A DNA stretch of 64,000 bases, taken from a virus. Its lineage: Duplodnaviria > Caudoviricetes. The position numbers and the translations under genes are program-made. Below the pieces are notes generated by a model that saw only the letters and a list, made by a program, of their open reading frames with translations, did not search any database and was not told where the DNA came from. Position 1 is the first letter of the stretch. Every line of letters begins with the position of its first letter. Shown here one piece after another: positions 43,997 through 53,794 of the stretch. The DNA lies in the IMG/VR virus record IMGVR_UViG_2896054739_000007, positions 64,001 to 128,000 of that record, one strand, 5' to 3'.

Positions 43997-44777
43997 GAAA
44001 GAATATATAAGAGACATCTTGGTTTCAAAAAAGAAACCAGACGCTCTCTCTATGGGATATTTCATAACACTTATTGCTAAATACTATTTTTCTGATGAAT
44101 TGAATACAAAACAATTATCTAATATTGTTAAAGAGAGAATACTGGCATTTGATTTAGAAAATTATCAAGAATATAAATATCACAATAAAATCGTGAGTAC
44201 ATGTGAAGGTCTATTTAATAATTCTATTGACAGAACATTTAAGGAAAGAGAATACATACCTATATTTGAAAACGAGTTAAAATTTATCAGTTCATTGCCT
44301 AATGATAGGCAAAAGAAATTAATGTTTACATTCTTTGCTGTTGCAAGATATATGGATTGTGATGGATGGATTAATAAAAAGACTTCAAAAGATATTTCAG
44401 AAGTATTTAAACTTGCAAATGTTACTCTTGCTTCCGATAAGCGAAATGAATTATTACACGAATTATATGCTAATGGATATATTACTTTTGGGAAAAAAGT
44501 TAATAACTTAAATATAAAAGTTAGCTTAGATAATTCTGGAGAGATAAGTTATAAAGTAAGAGAATTTAGTAATATCGGTAATCAATATATCGGCAATTTT
44601 AAAAAGGGTTATAAACAATGTAAAAGTTGTGGCAAAAATTACAGAATTAAATCAGAAAATGATTATTCTAGTAAGTATTGCCAAAAATGTGCAAAAGAAA
44701 AACATAAACAAGTTAATCGTATTTGCATGAAAAAATCAAGAGAAAAGGAAAAAAGTGTACAAAGCCTTGTGTCATAA
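43980..44777 (+). CDS. Hypothetical protein with C-terminal Zn ribbon, coupled to RNAP (probable CTG start)
   Basis: GGAGG RBS at 43966, in-frame CTG; CKSCG..YCQKC. Confidence 0.7.
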   Translation: MYILNEKEYIRDILVSKKKPDALSMGYFITLIAKYYFSDELNTKQLSNIVKERILAFDLENYQEYKYHNKIVSTCEGLFNNSIDRTFKEREYIPIFENELKFISSLPNDRQKKLMFTFFAVARYMDCDGWINKKTSKDISEVFKLANVTLASDKRNELLHELYANGYITFGKKVNNLNIKVSLDNSGEISYKVREFSNIGNQYIGNFKKGYKQCKSCGKNYRIKSENDYSSKYCQKCAKEKHKQVNRICMKKSREKEKSVQSLVS

Positions 44778-44937
44778 AAGTCTTATTTTCCAAGGTTTTC
44801 AAACATTTTTTCAGAAAAAATGTTATTTTCTTTTAATGGTATATAAAGAAAATGACAATAAAATTTATCTTTCCTTGGCAATAAAAGAAAAATAATAAAT
44901 GTAACATAAAATATATTAGTTAAGATAAAGGAGCGAT

Positions 44938-45576
44938 TTGAATATGAGAAAAATAAGTATTACGGAAGCACTTAATGAGTTGAAGTTGTATGATTCAAAA
45001 ATCACAAAGGCAATTACCAACGCTACTCTTTGTGGCGCTGCTAAAAAATCATCTGATAAAGTTGGCGTTGTAAAGAAGGAAGACTTTGAAGATCGTGCAA
45101 AGGCATCTTATCAGTCTGTCACTGATTTAATTGCAAATAGAAACACTCTAAAATCTGCTGTTGTAAAGTCAAATGCAATTACGGAAGTCACTGTTGCTGA
45201 TAAAATTATGACTGTTGCAGAAGCTATTGAGCGTAAAAATTCTATTGAGTATGATGAAACTTTACTTAATGAAATGAAACGTCAATATGCAAACGCTACT
45301 GCTACTGTTGATAAGGAAAATAAGAAAGTGGATGCTAAGGTAGATGATTTACTTACTACTCTTGTTGGGAAAGATTCTGATAAGAAATTGAGTAAAGAGG
45401 ATCAGGAAGCTGTTGAGAAACCTTATAGAGAGAAAAATGAATTTGAATTTGTAGACCCTCTTGGGTTGTATGAAAAGATTCAGACTCTTGAAGCAGACAT
45501 TGATGGTTTTAAGTCTAATGTGGATACGGTGCTTGTTCTTTCTAACGCAACAACCTTCATTGAAGTAGATTTCTAA
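44938..45576 (+). CDS. Coiled-coil protein (resembles DIP1984/DUF6847-like family)
   Basis: ITEALNELK..SNAITEV..MTVAEAIERK..DPL..LSNATTFIE; mostly amphipathic helix. Confidence 0.7.
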   Translation: MNMRKISITEALNELKLYDSKITKAITNATLCGAAKKSSDKVGVVKKEDFEDRAKASYQSVTDLIANRNTLKSAVVKSNAITEVTVADKIMTVAEAIERKNSIEYDETLLNEMKRQYANATATVDKENKKVDAKVDDLLTTLVGKDSDKKLSKEDQEAVEKPYREKNEFEFVDPLGLYEKIQTLEADIDGFKSNVDTVLVLSNATTFIEVDF

Positions 45577-45590
45577 CTTTTAAACTATAT

Positions 45591-45987
45591 TGTAGTTATT
45601 ACGAAAACCTAAAACTTACATCCTGTCACCTATGCAGGACATCATAGGTAAAAACAAGATGAAAGTTTAATGCTTTCTAATGAACAAAATTCCAATATTA
45701 TATAGGAATATTCGATAGAATATTTGAATGAAAATTTATCAAATGGTGATAAATTTACATATACAGATTATTGAGATAACATCGTTTACTGCTCAATAGG
45801 TATTTATGTAAATACTTTTGGAAATGAAAATTCAAAACTCAGCATTTAAAACTTAAAACTCACTTGTCAAAATTCTTTATTTGTAAAGTTTAAAATATAA
45901 TTACTAAAATTCGATAAAATCCATGATTGAGTTTTATTCGTGTTGTGTAATTGACGATTAGGTTTGTACATGGCTGTAATAACTACA
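45591..45987 (+). ncRNA. Large structured ncRNA (~400 nt), family unassigned
   Basis: Perfect 12-bp terminal stem, nested stems, pseudoknots, 7-nt periodic repeats, no ORF. Confidence 0.75.
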
Positions 45988-46079
45988 TTAAAATATTTGA
46001 GATTATAAGTATTCTTATATTCATTTCTTATACAGGTGGCGGTACTGCTATTCTAGCGGTATCGTCATTTGTTTCTTTT

Positions 46080-46154
46080 ACGGACTTAACTCAGTATGGT
46101 AAGAGTGGTGTTCTTATAAAGCACTGGTCATTGGTTCAAATCCAATAGTCCGTA
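46080..46154 (+). tRNA. tRNA-Ile(UAU)
   Basis: ACGGACT/AGTCCGT acceptor, ACTC/GAGT D stem, GTGTT-CTTATAA-AGCAC anticodon arm, ATTGG-TTCAAAT-CCAAT T arm; no encoded CCA. Confidence 0.9.
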
Positions 46155-46274
46155 TTTTTTTGTCTGTTTAGTACAAACAGTCCTCCGTAGCCAGGCTCTC
46201 CGTCAATAGCCCACAAATTGTAAAATATTATAGAGTTTAAAATAAAATATACATATGAAAGGAAAATTTCATTT

Positions 46275-46505
46275 ATGGCAAAATCTAAACTAATTTTCAA
46301 AAGAAGTACGACTGATAAATTATCAGTAAAAGGTGTTTTATCAGAGGATGGAACATTTATTACATATACTGATGAAAATGATGTAGAACAGGATGTAAAA
46401 GTAGCTGATTTGTTAAAAGTATTCATCAATCAGCCAATTGAATTTGGAGTAAGTCTTAAATCAGATGAAGATTTAGACTTAATTACGTCGGAAGATGATG
46501 AATAG
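46275..46505 (+). CDS. YonK-like protein
   Basis: LSVKGVL..VADLLKVF..SLKSDEDL; precedes YonJ-like gene. Confidence 0.65.
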   Translation: MAKSKLIFKRSTTDKLSVKGVLSEDGTFITYTDENDVEQDVKVADLLKVFINQPIEFGVSLKSDEDLDLITSEDDE

Positions 46506-46512
46506 AAAGTAG

Positions 46513-47730
46513 GTGGGTATTATTACTGACTTACATAGATTAGAAAATGAGAATGAAGAACAGTTTATATTTAGGCTCGGTTCTGCTAAAGATTCTGGAA
46601 TTCTTGATATGAGTTGGGAAGAAATAGCTACAATTATAAATTCAGAATTCAGGTCTGACGAATCTGAGTACAGGAGCGAGGCAGCATACAGGAAGCCCTA
46701 TCAGCAAGCTAAGAGATATTTAGATGCTAACGCTTTTAAGACTTGTAAAGATGAAGATTCTTATTTTAAAGAGTTACAGATTCAAAAACAAGATATAAGG
46801 AAGGAAAAGCAAAAACTTTTTGATGAGCGTACAGCCCTAAATAAAACATTACGTGAAAATGCAAGAATTGAAGAAGATTTATCCAAATTAGAACGCTTAA
46901 TTAAAGAGAATGGTTCTACCACTCTTCCACTAGTGAATAATTTTATTGCATCTGCTGACAATGATTTATTTATCTGTTTATCTGATTTTCATTTAGGAAT
47001 TGACACAGATAATTATTTCGGAAAATATAATTCCGACATTGCTGCTAATAGATTATCTCAGTATTTATCAAAAATAATTGAAATACAAAAGATACATAAG
47101 TCGGAAAATGCGTATGTCGGTATATTAGGTGATATTCTTAATGGCGAAATCCATTTTACAACGCAATTGGAAAATAGAGAAAATGTCACTGAGCAAATTC
47201 AAAAGAGTGCGGAGTTAATTTCTGCATTTATTTATGAATTGAGTAAACATTTTAGAAGTGTATATATAAATGGAGTGGCGGGGAATCACTCAAGGACATC
47301 ATTTAAGGATCAGGTTCTTAGAGGAAACCGATTAGATAATCTTATACCCTGGTATATAAAAGCAAAATTAGACCATTTGCAGAATGTAATTTTTATTGAT
47401 GATGAAAATTATGATTCTACTATTGCCACTTGCATAATTCGTGGCAATGAATATCTTATGGTACATGGCGATTGGGATAGTTACTCTGAATCTGGTGTGT
47501 CTAAATTGGTTATGATGCTTAATTTCAAACCAAAAGGAATCTTTTATGGGCATTTACATAGATGTTCATATGATGATATTGCAAACGTAAAAATTATTAG
47601 AAGTGGTAGTTTTAGCGGAACCACTGATGATTATACCATTTCTAAGAGACTTAGTGGAAAGCCTTCACAAATGGTTTGCGTAATTGATAATGATGGAATA
47701 AAGGCTTGTTATCCTGTTTCATTAGATTAA
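46513..47730 (+). CDS. Metallophosphoesterase (YonJ-like)
   Basis: SDFHLG, GD, GNHSR, HGD, GHLH. Confidence 0.85.
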   Translation: MGIITDLHRLENENEEQFIFRLGSAKDSGILDMSWEEIATIINSEFRSDESEYRSEAAYRKPYQQAKRYLDANAFKTCKDEDSYFKELQIQKQDIRKEKQKLFDERTALNKTLRENARIEEDLSKLERLIKENGSTTLPLVNNFIASADNDLFICLSDFHLGIDTDNYFGKYNSDIAANRLSQYLSKIIEIQKIHKSENAYVGILGDILNGEIHFTTQLENRENVTEQIQKSAELISAFIYELSKHFRSVYINGVAGNHSRTSFKDQVLRGNRLDNLIPWYIKAKLDHLQNVIFIDDENYDSTIATCIIRGNEYLMVHGDWDSYSESGVSKLVMMLNFKPKGIFYGHLHRCSYDDIANVKIIRSGSFSGTTDDYTISKRLSGKPSQMVCVIDNDGIKACYPVSLD

Positions 47731-48068
47731 CAAATAGATTACTAATTTTAAGGAGAAATATGAACGAAGATAAAAAAGTACCTGTTTTAGATTTTGAGGA
47801 AATGGTTGATTGGATTCAGTTAGAAACAAAATATGATAGAGATACAATTCAACATATTCTTGAAATGGAAACTGAATGGTTAAAACAAACAGGAGTTGTC
47901 ATTGAAGAAGGAGAAAGCCCTAATGAATAAATTTCTATTCTACATAAAACAGTTATTACCACTAAAATATCACTCAAAATATAGTCTCCAGAATGGAGAA
48001 AAACAGCTCGCAATCTGGAGACAATGGTTTGGTAAACCATTTGAGATCCAACATTTTACATTAGCAGA

Positions 48069-48200
48069 TTAATGGAACTCTGTACCATTACATTTAGGAC
48101 AAGGTGGTAATGTGTCTGTGTTGTCATCTAACACTACTATCTGTCCACAATTATCACAGGTATATGTACCTGCCCCTGGCTTTTCACCTGTAGTTGCCAT
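48069..48200 (-). CDS. YjzC-like zinc-ribbon protein (43 aa, not in track)
   Basis: MATTGEKPGAGTYTCDNCGQIVVLDDNTDTLPPCPKC. Confidence 0.8.
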   Translation of the reverse strand: MATTGEKPGAGTYTCDNCGQIVVLDDNTDTLPPCPKCNGTEFH

Positions 48201-48394
48201 ATTCCCTATCTCCTCTCTTGTGTGATGATATTATTGTACTACAGATTGGAAAGTTATGGAATATTATTTAACAACAGAATCGTCACGAGTGGATGATTAT
48301 TATATTTGGTTGACAAAGCCATAAACACATGTGTTGGAGAGTACGTGCTACTCTCCTATTTTATTAAAATGCAAAAATAAAGGAGATTTTTATA

Positions 48395-48670
48395 ATGGTA
48401 AAGAATAATATGATTAAAGCAATTGCATCTGAGGCAGAAGTCACAAATAAGGTTGCAGAGGCAGTTATGAATGCCTATGGAAAATTTGTACTTGAATCAC
48501 TAAACGAGAATCGTGATGAAAAAATTCCTCTTCCTTGGATTGGTACGTTTTCTGTAAAACATGTTGCTGAGAGAAGTGGTGTTGCTGCTCTTGCAGGAGG
48601 CAAGGAATGGACAAAACCTGCTCATGACGAATTGAAGTTTACAATTTCAAAATCTGTCAAAGGGCTGTAA
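48395..48670 (+). CDS. HU/IHF-like DNA-binding protein
   Basis: MIKAIA..IPLPWIGTFSVKHVAERSG..KPAHDELKF. Confidence 0.85.
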   Translation: MVKNNMIKAIASEAEVTNKVAEAVMNAYGKFVLESLNENRDEKIPLPWIGTFSVKHVAERSGVAALAGGKEWTKPAHDELKFTISKSVKGL

Positions 48671-49125
48671 TTCAGACTGGCGGTGACAATATTGTATGAT
48701 AAAATTGTAAAATCTGTAGATTTGACAGATGATGAACTAACAATCCTCAAAGAACTACTCTTCTATCGTTTAGATGAATGTGTATCTATTGGAGAGGAAA
48801 TTACTGTGAGAGAGTTGATGGAAAAGTTAGAAAATTGATGTTTATAGTATCTGATACTTAATCAGAGTTTATAAAGCAAGGCTTACGTTCAGAAAATGGG
48901 CGTAGGTCTTATTTGTTTGGAGAAGTATAACTTAGAGATTTGCAGTGAGTGAAAATGACTGTCGATCAGTGAAGCGACTGATTACCTTTAGACGGATAAA
49001 CCATTGGTGGTACGCATGTGTAGGGTATGCTCCTACCACACCAACAATGGAGAGACTTGTGGGATAATTACCCACCACTCTCCTTTTACTGAAAATAAAA
49101 TTTTTGAATAAAAGGAGAAAAGTAA

Positions 49126-49884
49126 ATGAATGAAATTTTAAATCAACACAAAAATACTATCACAACGCTTGAAATTGCCGAAATGCTTGGAATGAAGCAC
49201 TATAAAGTTCTTGAGAAATTAGAAGGTACGAAAGACGGAAAAACAAAAGGCATTATTGATATTCTTAACGCCCACGATTTCGTGGTGGTTGAATATTTTA
49301 TAAAATCATCGTATGTAGATGCAAAAGGTGAAGAAAGACCTTGTTATCTCGTTACAAAACTTGGATGTGATTTTCTTGCAAATAAATTTACTGGTGAAAA
49401 GGGTGTTTTGTTTACTGCAAAATATGTAAAGCGTTTTGATGAAATGGAACAAGAACTTAAAAATCCATACAAACTACCGACTACATATAAAGAGGCATTA
49501 GTTCAATTACTTGAAAAAGTAGAAGAGAATGAAAAACTGATTGAAGAAAATAATCACAAGCAAATAGTTATCAATGGGCTTACAGATGAAATTCCTTTAT
49601 ATGAAAAGCCTGATATTATTAATAGAATTTGCAAGAAGTCTCAGGGAGGATATGCAAACAGATATAATGAACTATACAAATGTTTTCGTGAAAATTTTCA
49701 TACAGATCTAAAAATGAAATGTGAAAATTATAATGAAAAACAGATAAAGAAGAAAGATCAACTTACAACAATTCGTTATGCTGAAAAATTTGGATATATA
49801 GATGATTTATATACTTGCTGTGTAAAGTTATATGAATCAGAAGTCAGAGAAATTTTAAAAGAATTAGACGAATTACATAGGTAA
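49126..49884 (+). CDS. Rha-family phage regulatory protein
   Basis: TITTLEIAEM..SSYVDAKGEERPCY..GCDFLANKFTGEKGVLFTAKYVKRF. Confidence 0.9.
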   Translation: MNEILNQHKNTITTLEIAEMLGMKHYKVLEKLEGTKDGKTKGIIDILNAHDFVVVEYFIKSSYVDAKGEERPCYLVTKLGCDFLANKFTGEKGVLFTAKYVKRFDEMEQELKNPYKLPTTYKEALVQLLEKVEENEKLIEENNHKQIVINGLTDEIPLYEKPDIINRICKKSQGGYANRYNELYKCFRENFHTDLKMKCENYNEKQIKKKDQLTTIRYAEKFGYIDDLYTCCVKLYESEVREILKELDELHR

Positions 49885-50096
49885 GTTTTATAGAGATATG
49901 GTATTGGTGAAAGTAAATACCCTACCAGTGATGAGGCTGGTTACTTATTGAACGGAAGGAAGTGAATATTTTATGTTCACTTCTTTTTTGTTTGGAGAAA
50001 AATATAGTGTCCAATGTGATTTCTTAGGGAATCATTTGGCTTACGGACTGGTATGGACTGTAAGCTAAATTGGTATCGGAACCTGCATTTGGAATT

Positions 50097-50191
50097 TGGG
50101 AGAGGATAAGGAAGTCTAGCTAACTTCTGAAGGTGGTACTCCGTATCCCACCGCCCTCTTCTATTTTAATTTTGATACGGAGAGATCGGAG
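50097..50191 (+). promoter_or_regulatory. Three-stem/pseudoknot RNA leader of endonuclease gene
   Basis: P1 50097-105/50155-163; P2 50110-15/50123-28; P3 50132-36/50148-52; loop CTCCGTATC pairs with GATACGGAG (50174-82). Confidence 0.65.
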
Positions 50192-50199
50192 AAATATGA

Positions 50200-52164
50200 A
50201 TGGGAAAAGCAGTTTATTTAGATGTTGGTAATAGAAAAGTATTAGCAACAAAAATAACTTATAATGATTTGATTATTCTATATAAACAATATATAGAAAA
50301 ATATAGCAGTGTTCCTATGCTTACTCAATGTTCATCTAAATACAATCTTCCGCAAGCAGGAATTGTTAAATCTGTTGTTAAAAATGAGGGTATTTCATAT
50401 AATGAATTTTTATTACAATTTGGAAAAGTAAGAACTTTAGATGTAAATGGAACACATAAAAATATTAGAGATTTGAAATATGATGACTTGGTTATTTTAT
50501 ATAATCAATATATAAATAAATTTCATGAATTTCCAACAGCAAATAAATGTACATATCAATATAATTTACCCTCAAGACAAATCATTTTAAAAATATTAAA
50601 AGATTGCCAAATATCTATTGATGAATTTAATAAACAATTTAGCATAAAAGACAAAAGACGTATTTATGAAGATATTCATATTGGTGATATTATTGGCAGA
50701 TGGAAAATAATAGGAAAAGGACAAAGTAAACAATCTAAAAAGAATAAAAATATTCCTTATTGGATTTCTCAATGTACATGTGGAAGCGGAATAATTAAAG
50801 AGGTTAGTGAAAATGCTCTAAAAAGAAAACAATCATTAAGTTGTGGATGTTTGAGAAATGAGGCCGTTGCAAACTTAAAGGGAAGCATTCGTTCACAATC
50901 ATTTTATGATTGGTGCATAGAGCAACATCATGAGGAATGGTTAAAAAGATGGGACTATGATTTAAATAATTTAGATCCAAAACATATCTCATATTGTGCA
51001 CATAAACAAGTCTATTTTAAATGTGATAAAGGAATTCATAATAGTACAAAATATGAATTGGCACATGTTTCTAATATGGACATTATACGATGTAAGTATT
51101 GTAATTCTTTTGCACAAAAGTTAATAGACGAAAAAGGTGAAAATGCTTTAGAATTATACTGGGATTATGATAAAAACAAACAAAATCCATGGGAAATTCC
51201 TGCATATTCAAAAGAACATGTGTGGATTAAATGTACCAAAACAGATTATCATGGGTCATATAAGGTTTCCAGACAAAATGCTTTAAGAAACGAGTGTCCA
51301 TATTGTTCTCATATAAGGATTCATCCAAAAGATAGTTTTGCTCAATGGATGATTGACAAATATGGCAAAAATAATTTTGAAAAAATATGGAATTATGATA
51401 TGAATACAATTAATCCATTTGCAATAGCACCTTCTACAAGAACATCAAAAGTTTGGTTGAATTGTATAGATACAACATATCATCCTCCAACTCATGTATA
51501 TCCTAATGATGTAAAAAATCATGAACATCATTGTAGTTATTGTGCTAAAAAATCTGTTTGCAAAGAAGATAGTCTTGGTTATATATATCCAGAGTCATTT
51601 AAATATTGGTCTGATAAAAATAATAAGACGCCTTATGAATACTTACCATATTCAAGTCAAAAAGTATGGTGGAAATGTAAGGATGATATTCACAAAGATT
51701 ATATTAGAAGTATTTGTGATAGTGTAAATTATGAGTTTAGATGTCCTAAGTGTTCATATGAAAAAGGTATATCATTTTTACAAGAAAAAGTGGATACATA
51801 CATTACGGATAAATATGGATATAATACGCTTCATGAACATAATTGTAATATTGTTCCTATTAATCCAAAAACAAATTTTCCATTACCTTTTGATAATGAA
51901 ATTGTCGAATTGAAATTGATTATTGAAGTCCATGGGAAACAACATTACGAAATAACAGGATTTACACAATTAACAGCAAAGCATTATAATACTACGCCTG
52001 AATATGAATTAAAATATCAAAAATGGAAAGATAAATACAAAAAGGAATATGCTTTAAAAAATGGATATAATTTTTTAGAAATACCATATTGGACTGAAAT
52101 CGACAATACATATCAGTCATTAATAGATAACAAAATTAAAACGATTTTAAAAGAAGCGGTTTAA
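50200..52164 (+). CDS. Free-standing endonuclease: zinc-ribbon repeats + C-terminal Vsr/PD-(D/E)xK-like domain
   Basis: Repeated WDY..N..P..VWxKC..H..CPYC; PFDNEI..IEVHGKQHY..D..K..LEIPYW. Confidence 0.8.
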   Translation: MGKAVYLDVGNRKVLATKITYNDLIILYKQYIEKYSSVPMLTQCSSKYNLPQAGIVKSVVKNEGISYNEFLLQFGKVRTLDVNGTHKNIRDLKYDDLVILYNQYINKFHEFPTANKCTYQYNLPSRQIILKILKDCQISIDEFNKQFSIKDKRRIYEDIHIGDIIGRWKIIGKGQSKQSKKNKNIPYWISQCTCGSGIIKEVSENALKRKQSLSCGCLRNEAVANLKGSIRSQSFYDWCIEQHHEEWLKRWDYDLNNLDPKHISYCAHKQVYFKCDKGIHNSTKYELAHVSNMDIIRCKYCNSFAQKLIDEKGENALELYWDYDKNKQNPWEIPAYSKEHVWIKCTKTDYHGSYKVSRQNALRNECPYCSHIRIHPKDSFAQWMIDKYGKNNFEKIWNYDMNTINPFAIAPSTRTSKVWLNCIDTTYHPPTHVYPNDVKNHEHHCSYCAKKSVCKEDSLGYIYPESFKYWSDKNNKTPYEYLPYSSQKVWWKCKDDIHKDYIRSICDSVNYEFRCPKCSYEKGISFLQEKVDTYITDKYGYNTLHEHNCNIVPINPKTNFPLPFDNEIVELKLIIEVHGKQHYEITGFTQLTAKHYNTTPEYELKYQKWKDKYKKEYALKNGYNFLEIPYWTEIDNTYQSLIDNKIKTILKEAV

Positions 52165-52207
52165 TATTTAATCACTTCTTTTTTTGTTTGAAAGGAAGTG
52201 ATACTTA

Positions 52208-53161
52208 ATGCCAGAACGCAGTAAACGAATTTGTCTTTATGATGAAGAAAAAGCAAAACATATAAATCCAGAAACATTAAAATTGTTCCAAAAATATCAG
52301 ATAGATATGTCAATTCGTGATTTATCTAAAAATACTATTTTACAGTATAATTCAGATCTTATGCAGTGGTTTATTTATATGTATAACAATCAATTTAATT
52401 TATCTGTAGTCGAGGCTAAAGATGAAGATCTCGAAGAATACTATTATTGGAGAAAACAGCAAGGGAATAATGTTAATAGACAAAAACGTGTAATGGCTTC
52501 TATTTCTGCTTTCTATAAGTTTTTGCGTAAGAAAAAATTAATCGTAGAATCTCCTGTTGAATTTATTGAACGTCCAAAAGCAGGACAACCAATTACTGTG
52601 CAAACATATCTTACAAAAGATCAAGTACAGTTAATGCGTGAGAAATTACAGGAGCATGGAGATATTCAATTACAGACTTATGCTTTTGTTTCCTTAACTA
52701 CTATGGCAAGAGTAAATGCTGTTGCAAATTTACGTTGGGAACAGATTGATTGGGATGAAAGAATATTTTCGGACGTATTAGAAAAAGAGGGTAAAATTGT
52801 TGAATTATCTTTTTCGGAAGAAACAAAGAGATATCTTGAAAATCTTGTACAGTACAGAAAAGATAATGAGATAAATGATTATGGTTGGGTATTTATTAGT
52901 CCTTACGTTACTGAAGATAAACCTATAAATAATGGAACTTTGAATGATTGGTGTAAGGTAATTGGAGAAATGATCGGTGAACCAACACTTCACTGCCACG
53001 ATTTTCGTCATTCATATGCCACGTTGCTTAAAAATGAAGGCGTAAATTTAGAGGATGTATCTGTTATGTTAAATCATTCTGGAACTGATGTCACGAAGAA
53101 ATTCTACATAAAAACGGATACTTCCAAAGTTCGTAAAATAAAGGATTCTATCAACATTTGA
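52208..53161 (+). CDS. Tyrosine recombinase (second)
   Basis: TMARVNA, EKEG, HCHDFRHS, LNHS..TKKFY. Confidence 0.9.
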   Translation: MPERSKRICLYDEEKAKHINPETLKLFQKYQIDMSIRDLSKNTILQYNSDLMQWFIYMYNNQFNLSVVEAKDEDLEEYYYWRKQQGNNVNRQKRVMASISAFYKFLRKKKLIVESPVEFIERPKAGQPITVQTYLTKDQVQLMREKLQEHGDIQLQTYAFVSLTTMARVNAVANLRWEQIDWDERIFSDVLEKEGKIVELSFSEETKRYLENLVQYRKDNEINDYGWVFISPYVTEDKPINNGTLNDWCKVIGEMIGEPTLHCHDFRHSYATLLKNEGVNLEDVSVMLNHSGTDVTKKFYIKTDTSKVRKIKDSINI

Positions 53162-53222
53162 CCCAATAAATCTCCAATTTCATCCAAGCACAACAATATA
53201 TCCGCAATTACGTAACAAAACA

Positions 53223-53400
53223 TTGACAACAGTTACGAATTGGTTTAAGATATTCTGTAGAAAGAGATTCTACACAAAACAAACAGCATCCGTTAGACGG
53301 TTGAGCCATAATTTGGTCGATTAATGGCTAATAAAACAAAATTGAATTATTAACACAAAAGTAACCGCTTTATTTCTCATGGCGGTTATTTTTGTGCCTT
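53223..53400 (+). ncRNA. Putative type I TA antisense RNA with its promoter
   Basis: TTGACA-17-TAAGAT; ends in hairpin CACAAAAGTAACCGC/GCGGTTATTTTTGTG overlapping toxin 3' end. Confidence 0.6.
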
Positions 53401-53489
53401 TTATCAAGGAACTTGACTATGTAAGCTGAAACTACTCCGCTTACAACGCCAATAACTAAAGGTATTACAATTAGTTCACAAATTGTCAC
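53370..53489 (-). CDS. Type I TA toxin-like peptide (39 aa, not in track)
   Basis: MTICELIVIPLVIGVVSGVVSAYIVKFLDKRHKNNRHEK: one TM helix + basic tail; GGAGG RBS, GTG start. Confidence 0.8.
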   Translation of the reverse strand: MTICELIVIPLVIGVVSGVVSAYIVKFLDKRHKNNRHEK

Positions 53490-53794
53490 TTCTTTTATCA
53501 CCCTCCTTTCTGAGCAAGGGTATCTATAAGATTAACAGAACATCGCTGTCCTGACGTGACTCAACCGCCTAACCGTCTTATCTAGCCAAAATAAAACGTG
53601 GATGCTGCTTGCACTTATTATTCTACAAAATATCCCATATATTGTCAAATAAATAGTAACAAAAAAAACTATAACAGGCTGACAACTGATAAGGAAAGTG
53701 TTGAGAGATTAAATTAGCGAATGGCTGCTGGGCAGTCTGACATTCTGGAAAGACAGAATATTCAGGAGAGTTTTCAGCACTCTCCTATTTTCAT

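Noticed and set aside
46155-46215. Theta ribozyme after tRNA-Ile
   Set aside because: C-rich motifs are present, but the tRNA is followed by a T tract and I could not build the HDV fold
49900-49960. Hammerhead at GTGATGAG
   Set aside because: No CUGANGA core with a correctly placed GAAA; simple hairpins only
53676-53760. HDV-like/theta ribozyme (GCGAATGG resembles J4/2)
   Set aside because: No P1/P3/P1.1 nested pseudoknot can be built; only a closing stem and a GAAAGA hairpin
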